From: Bacteroidales bacterium
Lineage (GTDB): Bacteria; Bacteroidota; Bacteroidia; Bacteroidales; UBA12077
Reading direction: 5' to 3'
NCBI GenBank assembly: GCA_019038645.1
Contig: JAHOYT010000054.1
Coordinates: 4,365 to 68,364 of the forward strand
DNA: 64,000 nt
In this document: piece by piece, positions 38,590 through 47,995 of the stretch
Layout: each line of letters starts with the position of its first letter
Position numbering within the stretch: the first letter of the stretch is position 1
Notes under the pieces: model-generated
What the model was told of the DNA's origin: nothing
Seen by the model: the letters and a program-made list of their open reading frames with translations, nothing else
Database searches by the model: none
Translations under genes and position numbers: made by a program

Positions 38590-40743
38590 ATGGATATTCA
38601 AAAAATGAAAGACGCTCACAAGCTTTTAAAAGAGTGGAAATATGAGCTTCGCCCAATCGATAAAGGGTATAATGATCGTACATTGTATGTGAATGTTGGT
38701 TCAAATGAAATTAAGGAGAAACCTGTTCCACAACAAATGAAAGAAAAATTTATTGGTGGAAAAGGATATGGCTTAAGATTATTATGGGATGCTACTGCAC
38801 CTGAAACAAAATGGAACGACCCTGAAAATGAAATCATTATTGCTGGTGGTCCTATTTGCGGTATAACTCAATATTCTGGTACAGGTAAAGCTATTGTAGT
38901 ATCTGTATCTCCGCAAACTAATTCCATTATGGATTCAAACGTAGGTGGTCATTTTGGTCCGTTTTCTAAGTTTGCCGGATTTGATGCTGTTGAGATTCAG
39001 GGAAAATCTGAAAAAGAAGTTATAGTATTTATTGATGGAGTTAATGGTAAAGTTGAGATTTTAGAAGCTCCAGAAGAACCAATTGATAGTCATGTTTTGG
39101 GTGAAGTATTACACGAAATGTATTCTGATGATGAAAAGGACAGAAGAAATGTTTCTGTTGTTTCAGCCGGAACTGCTGCTGATCATTCATTAATTGGAAT
39201 GTTAAACTTTACTTTCTGGGATAATAAACGTAAACTGGTTCGTTTAAAACAAGCTGGTCGTGGTGGAATCGGAACTGTTTTCAGAGATAAAAAAATTAAA
39301 GCATTAGTTTGTAAAATACCTGGTGTAAAGGGTAACTTGAATAATGTTGTTGATATGGAAGCTATCATGGAACGTGGTAAGCGATTCAACAAAGAAATGC
39401 GTGAGCTTGACGATTCGCAATGCGAAATGAAGAGTAAAGGTACAGCTCACCTTACTGGAATAATGAATGATTATGATCTACTTCCGGTAAATAATTTTAA
39501 GTTTGGAAATCATCCGGATGCTCATAAAATTAACGGAGATGTTTGGAAATCATATTTTACACAAGGTGTTCCTGATGGATGTTGGATTGGTTGTAATATG
39601 TCATGTGCAAAAGGTGTTGATAATTACTTATTAAGAACCGGACCATATGCCGGAGATAAAGTAATTGTTGATGGACCTGAATATGAAACAACTTCATCGA
39701 ATGGTTCAATAATGGGTATCTTTAATCCTGATTTTACTATTGAAACTAACTTTTATTGTGATACTTATGGTATTTGTACTATTACTTTTGGTACAATCAT
39801 GGGATTTGTAATGGAATGTTACGAAGCTGGAATTTTGAACGAAGAACGTACTGGTGGATTAAAATTGAACTTCGGTAATGCAGATGATGCAATGGAGGTG
39901 TTACACCAAATGGCAGGTGGCGAAGGATTCGGTAAGATTGCAGGATTAGGTGTTCGTAAAATGAAACAACTGTTTGCTGAAAAAGGATGGGGTGATGCTC
40001 AATTCATGCAAGACATTGGAATGGAAAACAAAGGGTTGGAATATTCTCAATATGTTTCTAAAGAATCATTAGCTCAGCAGGGTGGTTATGCCATGACTAA
40101 TAAAGGTCCACAGCACGACGAAGCCTGGTTAATTTTCATGGATATGGTAAACAACCAGATTCCTACTTTCGAGAAAAAAGCAGAAGCATTGCATTATTTC
40201 CCAATGTTCCGTACCTGGTTTGGTTTAACAGGATTATGTAAATTGCCATGGAACGACGTTGAGCCTGTAAATAATGCAGAAGCTGATGAGCCAGCAAAAG
40301 TACCGGAGCATGTTGACAATTATGTAACTATTTTCAAAGCTGTTACAGGATTAGAATTCGATAAAGAAGAAATGATTACTCAATCGGAAAGAGTATATAA
40401 CTTTCAGCGTATTTTTAATATTCGTAGAGGTTATGGTGTACGGAAAGATGATGCTCAGCCATATCGTGCTGCAGGTCCTGTTACAATAGAAGAATACGAA
40501 TCTAAAGCAGAGCATTATGACAAACAGCTGAAAGAATTAATCGGTGTTGATCCTGCCGGGAAATCTGTTGAGGAAAAGAATGCGATTACAAGAAAATACA
40601 GAGAAGAACAATACGAAAAACTACTTGATGCAGTTTATGCGCGTCGTGGTTGGACATCTAATGGTGTTCCAAAAATTGAACACTTAAAGAATATAGGTAT
40701 GGATCTTCCGGAATTAATCGAAGTAATAAAAGATAAGCAATAG
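38590..40743 (+). CDS. aor: Aldehyde:ferredoxin oxidoreductase family (tungsten oxidoreductase)
   Basis: FIGGKG, DSNVGG, AGRGGIG...KKIKA, CWIGCNMSC, GPEYET, CDTYG, GLCKLPW, YARRGW...G.P. Confidence 0.92.
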   Translation: MDIQKMKDAHKLLKEWKYELRPIDKGYNDRTLYVNVGSNEIKEKPVPQQMKEKFIGGKGYGLRLLWDATAPETKWNDPENEIIIAGGPICGITQYSGTGKAIVVSVSPQTNSIMDSNVGGHFGPFSKFAGFDAVEIQGKSEKEVIVFIDGVNGKVEILEAPEEPIDSHVLGEVLHEMYSDDEKDRRNVSVVSAGTAADHSLIGMLNFTFWDNKRKLVRLKQAGRGGIGTVFRDKKIKALVCKIPGVKGNLNNVVDMEAIMERGKRFNKEMRELDDSQCEMKSKGTAHLTGIMNDYDLLPVNNFKFGNHPDAHKINGDVWKSYFTQGVPDGCWIGCNMSCAKGVDNYLLRTGPYAGDKVIVDGPEYETTSSNGSIMGIFNPDFTIETNFYCDTYGICTITFGTIMGFVMECYEAGILNEERTGGLKLNFGNADDAMEVLHQMAGGEGFGKIAGLGVRKMKQLFAEKGWGDAQFMQDIGMENKGLEYSQYVSKESLAQQGGYAMTNKGPQHDEAWLIFMDMVNNQIPTFEKKAEALHYFPMFRTWFGLTGLCKLPWNDVEPVNNAEADEPAKVPEHVDNYVTIFKAVTGLEFDKEEMITQSERVYNFQRIFNIRRGYGVRKDDAQPYRAAGPVTIEEYESKAEHYDKQLKELIGVDPAGKSVEEKNAITRKYREEQYEKLLDAVYARRGWTSNGVPKIEHLKNIGMDLPELIEVIKDKQ

Positions 40744-40762
40744 AATAAATCAGATAAATTTT

Positions 40763-40803
40763 AAAGGGTTGGTCCGGCATCTATCGGGATCAGCCCTTTT
40801 TTA
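40763..40803 (+). terminator. Terminator after aor
   Basis: AAAGGGTTGGTCC/GGATCAGCCCTTT stem plus T run. Confidence 0.8.
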
Positions 40804-41003
40804 TTAATAAGTGTATTGTTTAACTAAATTATTTGTACGGATGATTTTAAACTATTTTGTTATATCTAAGTCATATGGTTCAGTCTTTTAGATCAGTTTA
40901 CATGTTGTTTAATTAAATAGTGTAAAAAAAAGTTAAACAAAACAACAAATACCTAAAACATGGTATTTCAGAATTAAATGGTTTATTATACTTTTGACCC
41001 ATA

Positions 41004-41387
41004 ATGAGTGATAGAAAACTAAATAACAACAAGCGAATTATAACATTCCTGTTTTTTGTTTTAATAGGAGGAATTATTTTTAATTCCACTTTCTTTCTTC
41101 ATTCTCACAGAACGGCTTGCGGTAAAGTAATTGTTCACGCTCATCCGTTTAATAAAAGTGCCGAAGGCGAAGATTCTTCTTCACAACACAAGCATAATAA
41201 AATCGATTTACAGGTAATATCTTCTTTAAAGTATTTCGTAAGCATAGCTTCATCAGCAGAAATACCATACAATCCTGTTTTGGAAACAGAATTTGTTGAT
41301 GAGCAATTTGTATTTTTAATTTCAGAGAGTATTTCTTTACAAACAGACCGTGGTCCTCCTTTTGATTCTCCATTTATTATAGCTTAA
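41004..41387 (+). CDS. His-rich membrane-anchored leader protein with C-terminal RGPP (DUF2946/CruR-like architecture)
   Basis: One TM segment, HSH...HAHP...HKH, RGPP at codons 116-119; ATG 7 nt after TACTTTTG -7 box. Confidence 0.8.
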   Translation: MSDRKLNNNKRIITFLFFVLIGGIIFNSTFFLHSHRTACGKVIVHAHPFNKSAEGEDSSSQHKHNKIDLQVISSLKYFVSIASSAEIPYNPVLETEFVDEQFVFLISESISLQTDRGPPFDSPFIIA

Positions 41388-41467
41388 TATTTAAAGCATT
41401 ATTCTTCATTTAATTAATTGGGATAGTAATTCCGGTTTATCATTATTTAATACAACACAATATTACA

Positions 41468-43837
41468 ATGCGTAGAATTATATATATATTTCTGGCAATA
41501 ACATTTAATATATTTTCAAATAATATAATTGCAAACAATCCGGTCTCAACAGTTAATGGTTCTGTTACAAGTAATGGCGAACAGGTATCATTTGCAACTA
41601 TAATAGTAAAAGGAACAACAATAGGTACTGCTTCAGATGAATACGGGCAGTATAATTTAATTAATATACCTGATGGTAAAATTATTGTTCGTGCTCAGGC
41701 CATTGGTTACAAACCCAAAGAGATAGAAGTGGAAGTTATTACTGCAAAATCGAAACAGATTAATTTTGATTTGGAAGAGGATGTTTTTGGACTTGAACAG
41801 GTGGTTATTACAGCCGACAGAAACGAAAAAAACAGGAAAGAATCATCTGTAATTGTAAACACTTTAACTCCAAAATTATTTGGCATTGCACAAACTGCAA
41901 CATTAAGCGAGGGATTAAATTTTTGTCCGGGATTAAGAATGGAGAATAACTGTCAGAACTGCGGCTTTAATCAGGTTCGTATGAACGGCATGGAAGGGCC
42001 GTATTCTCAGATTCTAATAAATAGCCGACCAATTTTTAGCGGATTAGCAGGTGTTTATGGTCTTGAATTAATCCCATCTAATATGATTGAGCGAATTGAA
42101 GTTGTACGCGGTGGAGGTTCTGCTTTATATGGAAGTAACGCCATAGCAGGAACAATAAATTTAATTTTGAAAGATCCAATCAATAATTCTTATGAAGTGG
42201 CACTTAATAGTGCCCTAACCGGTGTTGGGATTAATGGCTCCGGAAATCCGGCAGAAGATTACAGTGTGAATTTTAATACATCCATTGTTTCAGATGAAAA
42301 TAAAACAGGAGTAGCATTGTATGGATTTTACAGGGATCGCCAACCTTTTGATGTTAACGATGATGGATTTTCGGAATTATCTTTAATAAAAAATAATACC
42401 ATTGGAACACGATTATTTTACCGTCCCGGATATAGAAATAAAATAGCCATAGATTTTTTTAATATCAGAGAAGACAGGAGAGGTGGTAATAAATTTGATT
42501 TACCTAAACACGAAACAGATATTACCGAAGCTGTTGAACATAATATCACTACAGGTGCAATAACTTTTGATCAATTTTTCAGGGAATTTGATTTGTGGTC
42601 GGTATTTGCATCGGGGCAGTTTGTCAACAGAGATTCGTATTATGGTGCATTACAGTCACTTAAAGATTATGGAAGGACCAGCGGATTTACATATACAATA
42701 GGATCACAATACAATGCCAAATTTAAAAATTCAGGTTTGATTTTAGGAATTGAAAATCGGAGAGAAACTTTATTTGATGAAAAACTGGGCTATCCTGATT
42801 ATGAAGGCGCTTATTACGTAGCTGGTAATTTATTTATTCCTCATATTGAGAATACCACAGTTGCTGATCAGGTGTCGAACACTTTAGGTGCATTTGTACA
42901 GTATGAGGTTGATTTAAATAAGTTAAATATATCGGTTGGTGCCAGGTTCGATAATTATTTGGTTGAGGACAGAGAAAATAATGCAACCAAAAAAACAGGA
43001 AATGTAGTAAGCCCAAGGTTAACTTTTAAGTATGATTTTATGGAGTATTTGCAGGCTCGTGTAAGTTATTCTCAGGGATACAGAGCACCTCAGATTTTTG
43101 ATGAGGATTTACATATTGAAACATCAGGTTCCCGAAAAGTTGTTCACACGAATGATCCTGATTTAAAGCAGGAAACAAGCCATAGTTATATGGCTTCATT
43201 AGATTTTAATAAATCTTTTGGTACGATTAATACAAGTTTATTGATCGAGGGATTTTATACTAAACTAAATGATGCATTTGCTAATGAGTATAATAATCCT
43301 GATGCAAACGGAGTGGTTACTTATACAAGGATTAATACCGGTGATGGTGCTTTTGTTCAGGGTATTAATCTGGAATTAAATTTAGTTCCATCAGATATTT
43401 TTTCGTTTTCGGGTGGTTTTACATTTCAAAGTAGTAAATATGAAGAGGAACAGGAATTTAACGAAAAAAACTTTTTTAGAACTCCAAACCAATATGGATA
43501 CTTAACAATTGACTGGGATTTTATGAAGAATATATGTTTATCTGCTACCGGAAACTACACTGGCAGCATGTTGGTTCCTTACTTTGGACCGGAACAAACA
43601 AATCCGGAAGTTGGTGAATTAAGAAAGTCTGGTTCGTTCTATGATATTAGCTCAAAATTAAGCTATGATATAAAAATTAAAGAGAGCAAAGTGCAGATAT
43701 TTGCCGGAATAAAAAACATTTTTAATTCATATCAGAATGATTTTGATTTAGGAATAGAGCGCGATCCGGGTTATTTGTACGGACCCACTTTGCCACGAAC
43801 AGTATATTTCGGAATTAAACTGGGGAATTTATTGTAA
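41468..43837 (+). CDS. TonB-dependent receptor, probably for a metal or metal chelate
   Basis: Signal peptide, carboxypeptidase-like N-domain, plug with ENNCQNCG and IERIEVVRGGGSALYG, C-terminal YGP..PRT.YFG. Confidence 0.93.
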   Translation: MRRIIYIFLAITFNIFSNNIIANNPVSTVNGSVTSNGEQVSFATIIVKGTTIGTASDEYGQYNLINIPDGKIIVRAQAIGYKPKEIEVEVITAKSKQINFDLEEDVFGLEQVVITADRNEKNRKESSVIVNTLTPKLFGIAQTATLSEGLNFCPGLRMENNCQNCGFNQVRMNGMEGPYSQILINSRPIFSGLAGVYGLELIPSNMIERIEVVRGGGSALYGSNAIAGTINLILKDPINNSYEVALNSALTGVGINGSGNPAEDYSVNFNTSIVSDENKTGVALYGFYRDRQPFDVNDDGFSELSLIKNNTIGTRLFYRPGYRNKIAIDFFNIREDRRGGNKFDLPKHETDITEAVEHNITTGAITFDQFFREFDLWSVFASGQFVNRDSYYGALQSLKDYGRTSGFTYTIGSQYNAKFKNSGLILGIENRRETLFDEKLGYPDYEGAYYVAGNLFIPHIENTTVADQVSNTLGAFVQYEVDLNKLNISVGARFDNYLVEDRENNATKKTGNVVSPRLTFKYDFMEYLQARVSYSQGYRAPQIFDEDLHIETSGSRKVVHTNDPDLKQETSHSYMASLDFNKSFGTINTSLLIEGFYTKLNDAFANEYNNPDANGVVTYTRINTGDGAFVQGINLELNLVPSDIFSFSGGFTFQSSKYEEEQEFNEKNFFRTPNQYGYLTIDWDFMKNICLSATGNYTGSMLVPYFGPEQTNPEVGELRKSGSFYDISSKLSYDIKIKESKVQIFAGIKNIFNSYQNDFDLGIERDPGYLYGPTLPRTVYFGIKLGNLL

Positions 43838-43900
43838 AAGGTGCTTCCCATAATAAGATGCAAATCCTTTGCTTACATATAGATATAAGTAAATAGAGTG

Positions 43901-43922
43901 GTCATACTGAGCTTGTTGAAGT
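43901..43922. repeat. Single copy of the GTCA..CTGAGCTTGTCGAAG palindromic repeat family
   Basis: GTCATACTGAGCTTGTTGAAGT, related to 9929-9953. Confidence 0.6.
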
Positions 43923-43960
43923 TATTAAAGATAAGCAATAAGATAAAGAATTATATAGAT

Positions 43961-43992
43961 AAAAGGGTTGGCAATATAGTCAACCCTTTTTT
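43961..43992. terminator. Bidirectional terminator
   Basis: AAAAGGGTTGGC/GTCAACCCTTTT. Confidence 0.8.
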
Positions 43993-43994
43993 AT

Positions 43995-46409
43995 TTATTC
44001 ATACCTAAGCGCTTCAACCGGATTTTTATTAGCGGCAATTACTGCATGTATACTTATAGTAAGTTGAGCTATTAGTAAAGTTATTAAACCAGCTATAAAA
44101 TATATCCAGTATGGCATATCAATTCTATAAGAAAAATTCATTAACCATTTATTCATAAATAAGTATACCAATGGCCATGCAAGTATATTTGAAATTAGAA
44201 CTAACCACATAAATCCTGATGACATATTTAATACTATTTTTGAAATACTAGCACCAAGAACCTTTTTTATACCAATTTCTTTTGTTCTCTTTTCAGCAGA
44301 ATATAAGGTTAATCCATAAAGTCCCAGGCAAGCAATAAAAATTCCAAGAAATGTAAAGATTAATATTAACTTACCGGCTTTTTCCTCTTCATTGTAGAGT
44401 TTATTAAAATCATCATCTAAAAAGTAATAATAAAATGGATTATCAGGATATAATTCATTCCATTTCTTTTCTATAGTTTTGACCGATGCACTGATGTCCC
44501 CATCATTAATTGTAAGATTTAAAGTGCTAAATTGATCTGGAAAAAATTCTAAGATAAGTGGTTCAATTTTATTCTGGAGTCCCATAAAATGGAAATCTTC
44601 GACCACACCAATAACTTTTAATATTCTTCCTCCCAATCCGGTAACAATTTCATGTCCAATTGCTTCTTCAGGATTGCTCCATCCGAATGATTTTAAAGCA
44701 GATTTGTTTAGAATATAAGAACCATATTCACGTTGTTCCCACGATGAAATATCTGTAATTATGGTTTTGTCAAAATTTCTACCTCCAATTAATTTAATAT
44801 CAAATTGACTAATAAAGTTATCATCAACAAACATGTAATACATGGATTGACTTTTATTATCTTGTTCTCTTGGTAGATGAGCAGAAAAATTACCTATACT
44901 ATGTCCGATGGAAGTAGATGAAACGGAAATATCTTTCACATTCGTATTTGAAATAAACTCTTTTTTAATTTCCTCATAATTTTCTTCAACTGAGATGCTA
45001 CCTCTTATTGGAAGAATGAGTTTGTTAGATTTATTAAACCCAAGCTTTTTGTTTTTCATATAATTTACCTGGGTATATATAATAAAAGATGCAATAATTA
45101 AAGCAATTGAAATAGCAAATTGTATTATTACTAAAACTTTACGAACAATTGAACTAAAAGAACCTTTTCTTTTTTCATTACGAAATGCATCTATAGGTTT
45201 TACAATTGACAAATAAATGGCAGGATAACTTCCGGATAAAAGACCTATTAAAATTCCAAATACTATTAAGCCGGGCAATGTCCACCAATTAGATAAATAT
45301 TCAATGTTTAAATCTTTATCTACAAGATTATTAAATGTTGTTTGAACTAATTCAATTATGTATAGGGCAATATTCAACGCAATAAAACTTAAAATAACCG
45401 ATTCAATAAGAAATTGAGAAATAACAACTTTTTTAGTTCCTCCAAGAATTTTCCGAATAGCGATTTCCTTAAAGTTATTTATGTTTTTGGATGTTGATAG
45501 ATTCATAAAGTTAACACTTCCAATAATTAGAATAAATATTCCAATAATTGAAAAAATGAATATATATATATTATTACCATGGATATTTTCATCAAGTCTG
45601 TATGGTTCATTTAAATGAATATCTGCTAATGGTTCTACAAAGAATCTTATACTAAATCCATTATCTCTCATTCGCTGACCTTCATAATGATAAGCTATAG
45701 TATCAAGTCCTGCTTCAAATCTTTCAAAATCGATATTTGGTTTAAGTGTGATATATGTAAAAAACATAGTGTTAAACCAATTGGCATTCAGTTCATGCCA
45801 GTCTTTCCAAGTAGCTAATGATGCTATAAATTCATATTGCAAAATAGAATTATCTACACAATCTTCAATAATTCCAGTTATTTCATAATCACGAGTATTT
45901 ACATGAATTAATTTTCCAATTGGATCTTCCTCACCAAAATATTTTTTTGTTGCACCTTGCGTTACTAAAATTGTGTTTGGGCGAACTAAGGCATCATCAG
46001 GATTTCCTTTGATAAATCTTATTTTAAATATTTTTAATAGATCCGGCTCAGAAATAATCATTTTACTTTCGTAAAAGCTTTTATCTTCGTATTTAAATAA
46101 TCTATTTCCCCAAACGTATGTACGGGCTGAATATTCAACCTGAGGGTGTTTTTCTTTTATCCCAGCACCTGCAGGTCCGCATACGGGAGCATAAATAGTA
46201 CTTTCTTTTCCTTGGGTAAATTCTTGAAGTACTCTGTATGTTCGTTTATAATTAGGATGAAACTTGTCATAACTTAGCTCGTGATTAATCCACAAAAAGA
46301 TTAAGATACTGCAAGCAAGACTAATTGCCAGACTCAATATTTTTATAATCGAGAATATTTTATCGCTTATAATTTTTCGAAGGCTAATTTTTATATGATT
46401 CCAAAACAT
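43995..46409 (-). CDS. ABC transporter permease, MacB/FtsX-like duplicated architecture
   Basis: ELSYDKFH, NFMNLST, QFLIES, QFAISI, VIGVVEDFH, RTKEIGIKKVLGAS, NPVEALRYE. Confidence 0.92.
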   Translation of the reverse strand: MFWNHIKISLRKIISDKIFSIIKILSLAISLACSILIFLWINHELSYDKFHPNYKRTYRVLQEFTQGKESTIYAPVCGPAGAGIKEKHPQVEYSARTYVWGNRLFKYEDKSFYESKMIISEPDLLKIFKIRFIKGNPDDALVRPNTILVTQGATKKYFGEEDPIGKLIHVNTRDYEITGIIEDCVDNSILQYEFIASLATWKDWHELNANWFNTMFFTYITLKPNIDFERFEAGLDTIAYHYEGQRMRDNGFSIRFFVEPLADIHLNEPYRLDENIHGNNIYIFIFSIIGIFILIIGSVNFMNLSTSKNINNFKEIAIRKILGGTKKVVISQFLIESVILSFIALNIALYIIELVQTTFNNLVDKDLNIEYLSNWWTLPGLIVFGILIGLLSGSYPAIYLSIVKPIDAFRNEKRKGSFSSIVRKVLVIIQFAISIALIIASFIIYTQVNYMKNKKLGFNKSNKLILPIRGSISVEENYEEIKKEFISNTNVKDISVSSTSIGHSIGNFSAHLPREQDNKSQSMYYMFVDDNFISQFDIKLIGGRNFDKTIITDISSWEQREYGSYILNKSALKSFGWSNPEEAIGHEIVTGLGGRILKVIGVVEDFHFMGLQNKIEPLILEFFPDQFSTLNLTINDGDISASVKTIEKKWNELYPDNPFYYYFLDDDFNKLYNEEEKAGKLILIFTFLGIFIACLGLYGLTLYSAEKRTKEIGIKKVLGASISKIVLNMSSGFMWLVLISNILAWPLVYLFMNKWLMNFSYRIDMPYWIYFIAGLITLLIAQLTISIHAVIAANKNPVEALRYE

Positions 46410-46442
46410 AATTTGTAAATTTAATTGGTTTTGAAATTGAAT

Positions 46443-46458
46443 TTCAAGATAAGTGCCG
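46443..46458 (-). promoter_or_regulatory. Sigma-54 (-24/-12) promoter of the permease gene
   Basis: Minus strand CGGCAC-TTATC-TTGAA, 34 nt upstream of the ATG. Confidence 0.65.
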
Positions 46459-46521
46459 TAATTACAAATGTATTGTAAGTCAGTTAAATGCTAATATAAA
46501 TTCATTGATAAAGTTCACAAA

Positions 46522-46560
46522 TGTAGCAAAATGATCAATTTGCTGTAGCAAATTGATACA
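46522..46560. promoter_or_regulatory. Tandem enhancer (UAS) sites for the NtrC-type regulator
   Basis: TGTAGCAAAATGATCA and near-palindromic TGTAGCAA-A-TTGATACA, 22 bp apart. Confidence 0.6.
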
Positions 46561-46616
46561 GTATATTTTGAAATTAATCTTAGGCTCAATACATTTGAAT
46601 TCTAATACTTAAAATT

Positions 46617-47987
46617 TTGAATAAAGGTAAAGGAAAAATATTAATTGTTGACGACAATAAAAGTTTATTAAAAGCTCTAGAATTACTTTTAACAAAGGAA
46701 TTTGAATTAATTCAAACCATAAGTAATCCTAATTTAATTCCTGAAACTATCAGAGCTAATGACTTTGACATTGTGTTACTTGATATGAACTATAAGGCTG
46801 GATTAAATACAGGTACTGAAGGATTATATTGGTTAAAAGAAATTCAAAAGTTCGATAAAGATATAGTTGTAATAATGATAACTGCTTATGGAGATATAAA
46901 TCTTGCAGTTAATACAATGAAGGAAGGTGCAACCGATTTTATTTTAAAGCCTTGGGAAGATAGTAAACTCTTAATTACTTTAAAAAATGCTTTAAAATTA
47001 AGAGAATCAAAAAGGGAAATTGGTAGCCTAAAACAAAAACAAAAGCATTTGATTAATGATATGGATAAACCATATTCAAAAATAATAGGGAACTCACCTG
47101 CGATGCAAGAAATTTTTCGAAAGATTAAAAAGGTTTCTAAAACGGATGCAAATATCCTATTATTAGGTGAAAATGGTACAGGAAAAGAACTGATAGCAAG
47201 AGAAATTCACAGGCAATCATTAAGAAAGGATCGAATTTTTTTTGGTGTTGATTTAGGTGCTATAAGTGAAACTCTTTTCGAAAGTGAGTTATTTGGACAT
47301 ACTAAAGGCGCTTTTACCGATGCAAAAGAAGAAAGGGCTGGCAAATTCGAATCTGCATCAAAAGGTACAATATTTTTGGACGAAATAGGGAATCTATCAT
47401 TAAATATGCAAGCCAAACTATTATCGGTTCTGGAGAAAAGATTCATTACTAAAGTTGGTGCCGATATAGAAATTCCAATTGATGTAAGGATTATTTCAGC
47501 TACAAATCAAGATTTAAAAAAACTAATTAACAATAATCAATTTAGAGAAGATTTATTATATAGAATTAATACAATTGAAATTGAAATTCCACCATTGCGG
47601 GAAAGACAGGACGACATTATTGAGATAGCAAATCATTATTTAAAAATTTATGAATCTAGATATAAGAAAGAAAACCTAACTTTAGATGAGAATACACTTG
47701 CCAGATTGCAAAAATATCATTGGCCTGGAAACATTAGAGAACTTAGGCATGCAATCGAAAAAGCTGTAATTTTAACGGAATCAAATAAGATTTCTATTTC
47801 AGATTTAAGTATAGATAGTGAATTCATTAGTCCTGCAGATAAGTTGTCTCTTGATGAAATTGAAAAACATGCTATTTTAAAGGTGCTTAAAAAAAATAAA
47901 TGGAATCACAGTCATGCAGCAAATGAATTAAAGATTGCTCGAACAACCCTTATTCGAAAGTTAAAGAAGTATGGTCTTCATAATTAA
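46617..47987 (+). CDS. Sigma-54-dependent response regulator (NtrC family)
   Basis: Receiver domain, GENGTGKE, ESELFGH.KGAFTDA, FLDEIG, WPGNIREL, Fis-type HTH. Confidence 0.95.
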   Translation: MNKGKGKILIVDDNKSLLKALELLLTKEFELIQTISNPNLIPETIRANDFDIVLLDMNYKAGLNTGTEGLYWLKEIQKFDKDIVVIMITAYGDINLAVNTMKEGATDFILKPWEDSKLLITLKNALKLRESKREIGSLKQKQKHLINDMDKPYSKIIGNSPAMQEIFRKIKKVSKTDANILLLGENGTGKELIAREIHRQSLRKDRIFFGVDLGAISETLFESELFGHTKGAFTDAKEERAGKFESASKGTIFLDEIGNLSLNMQAKLLSVLEKRFITKVGADIEIPIDVRIISATNQDLKKLINNNQFREDLLYRINTIEIEIPPLRERQDDIIEIANHYLKIYESRYKKENLTLDENTLARLQKYHWPGNIRELRHAIEKAVILTESNKISISDLSIDSEFISPADKLSLDEIEKHAILKVLKKNKWNHSHAANELKIARTTLIRKLKKYGLHN

Positions 47988-47995
47988 AGTAACTC

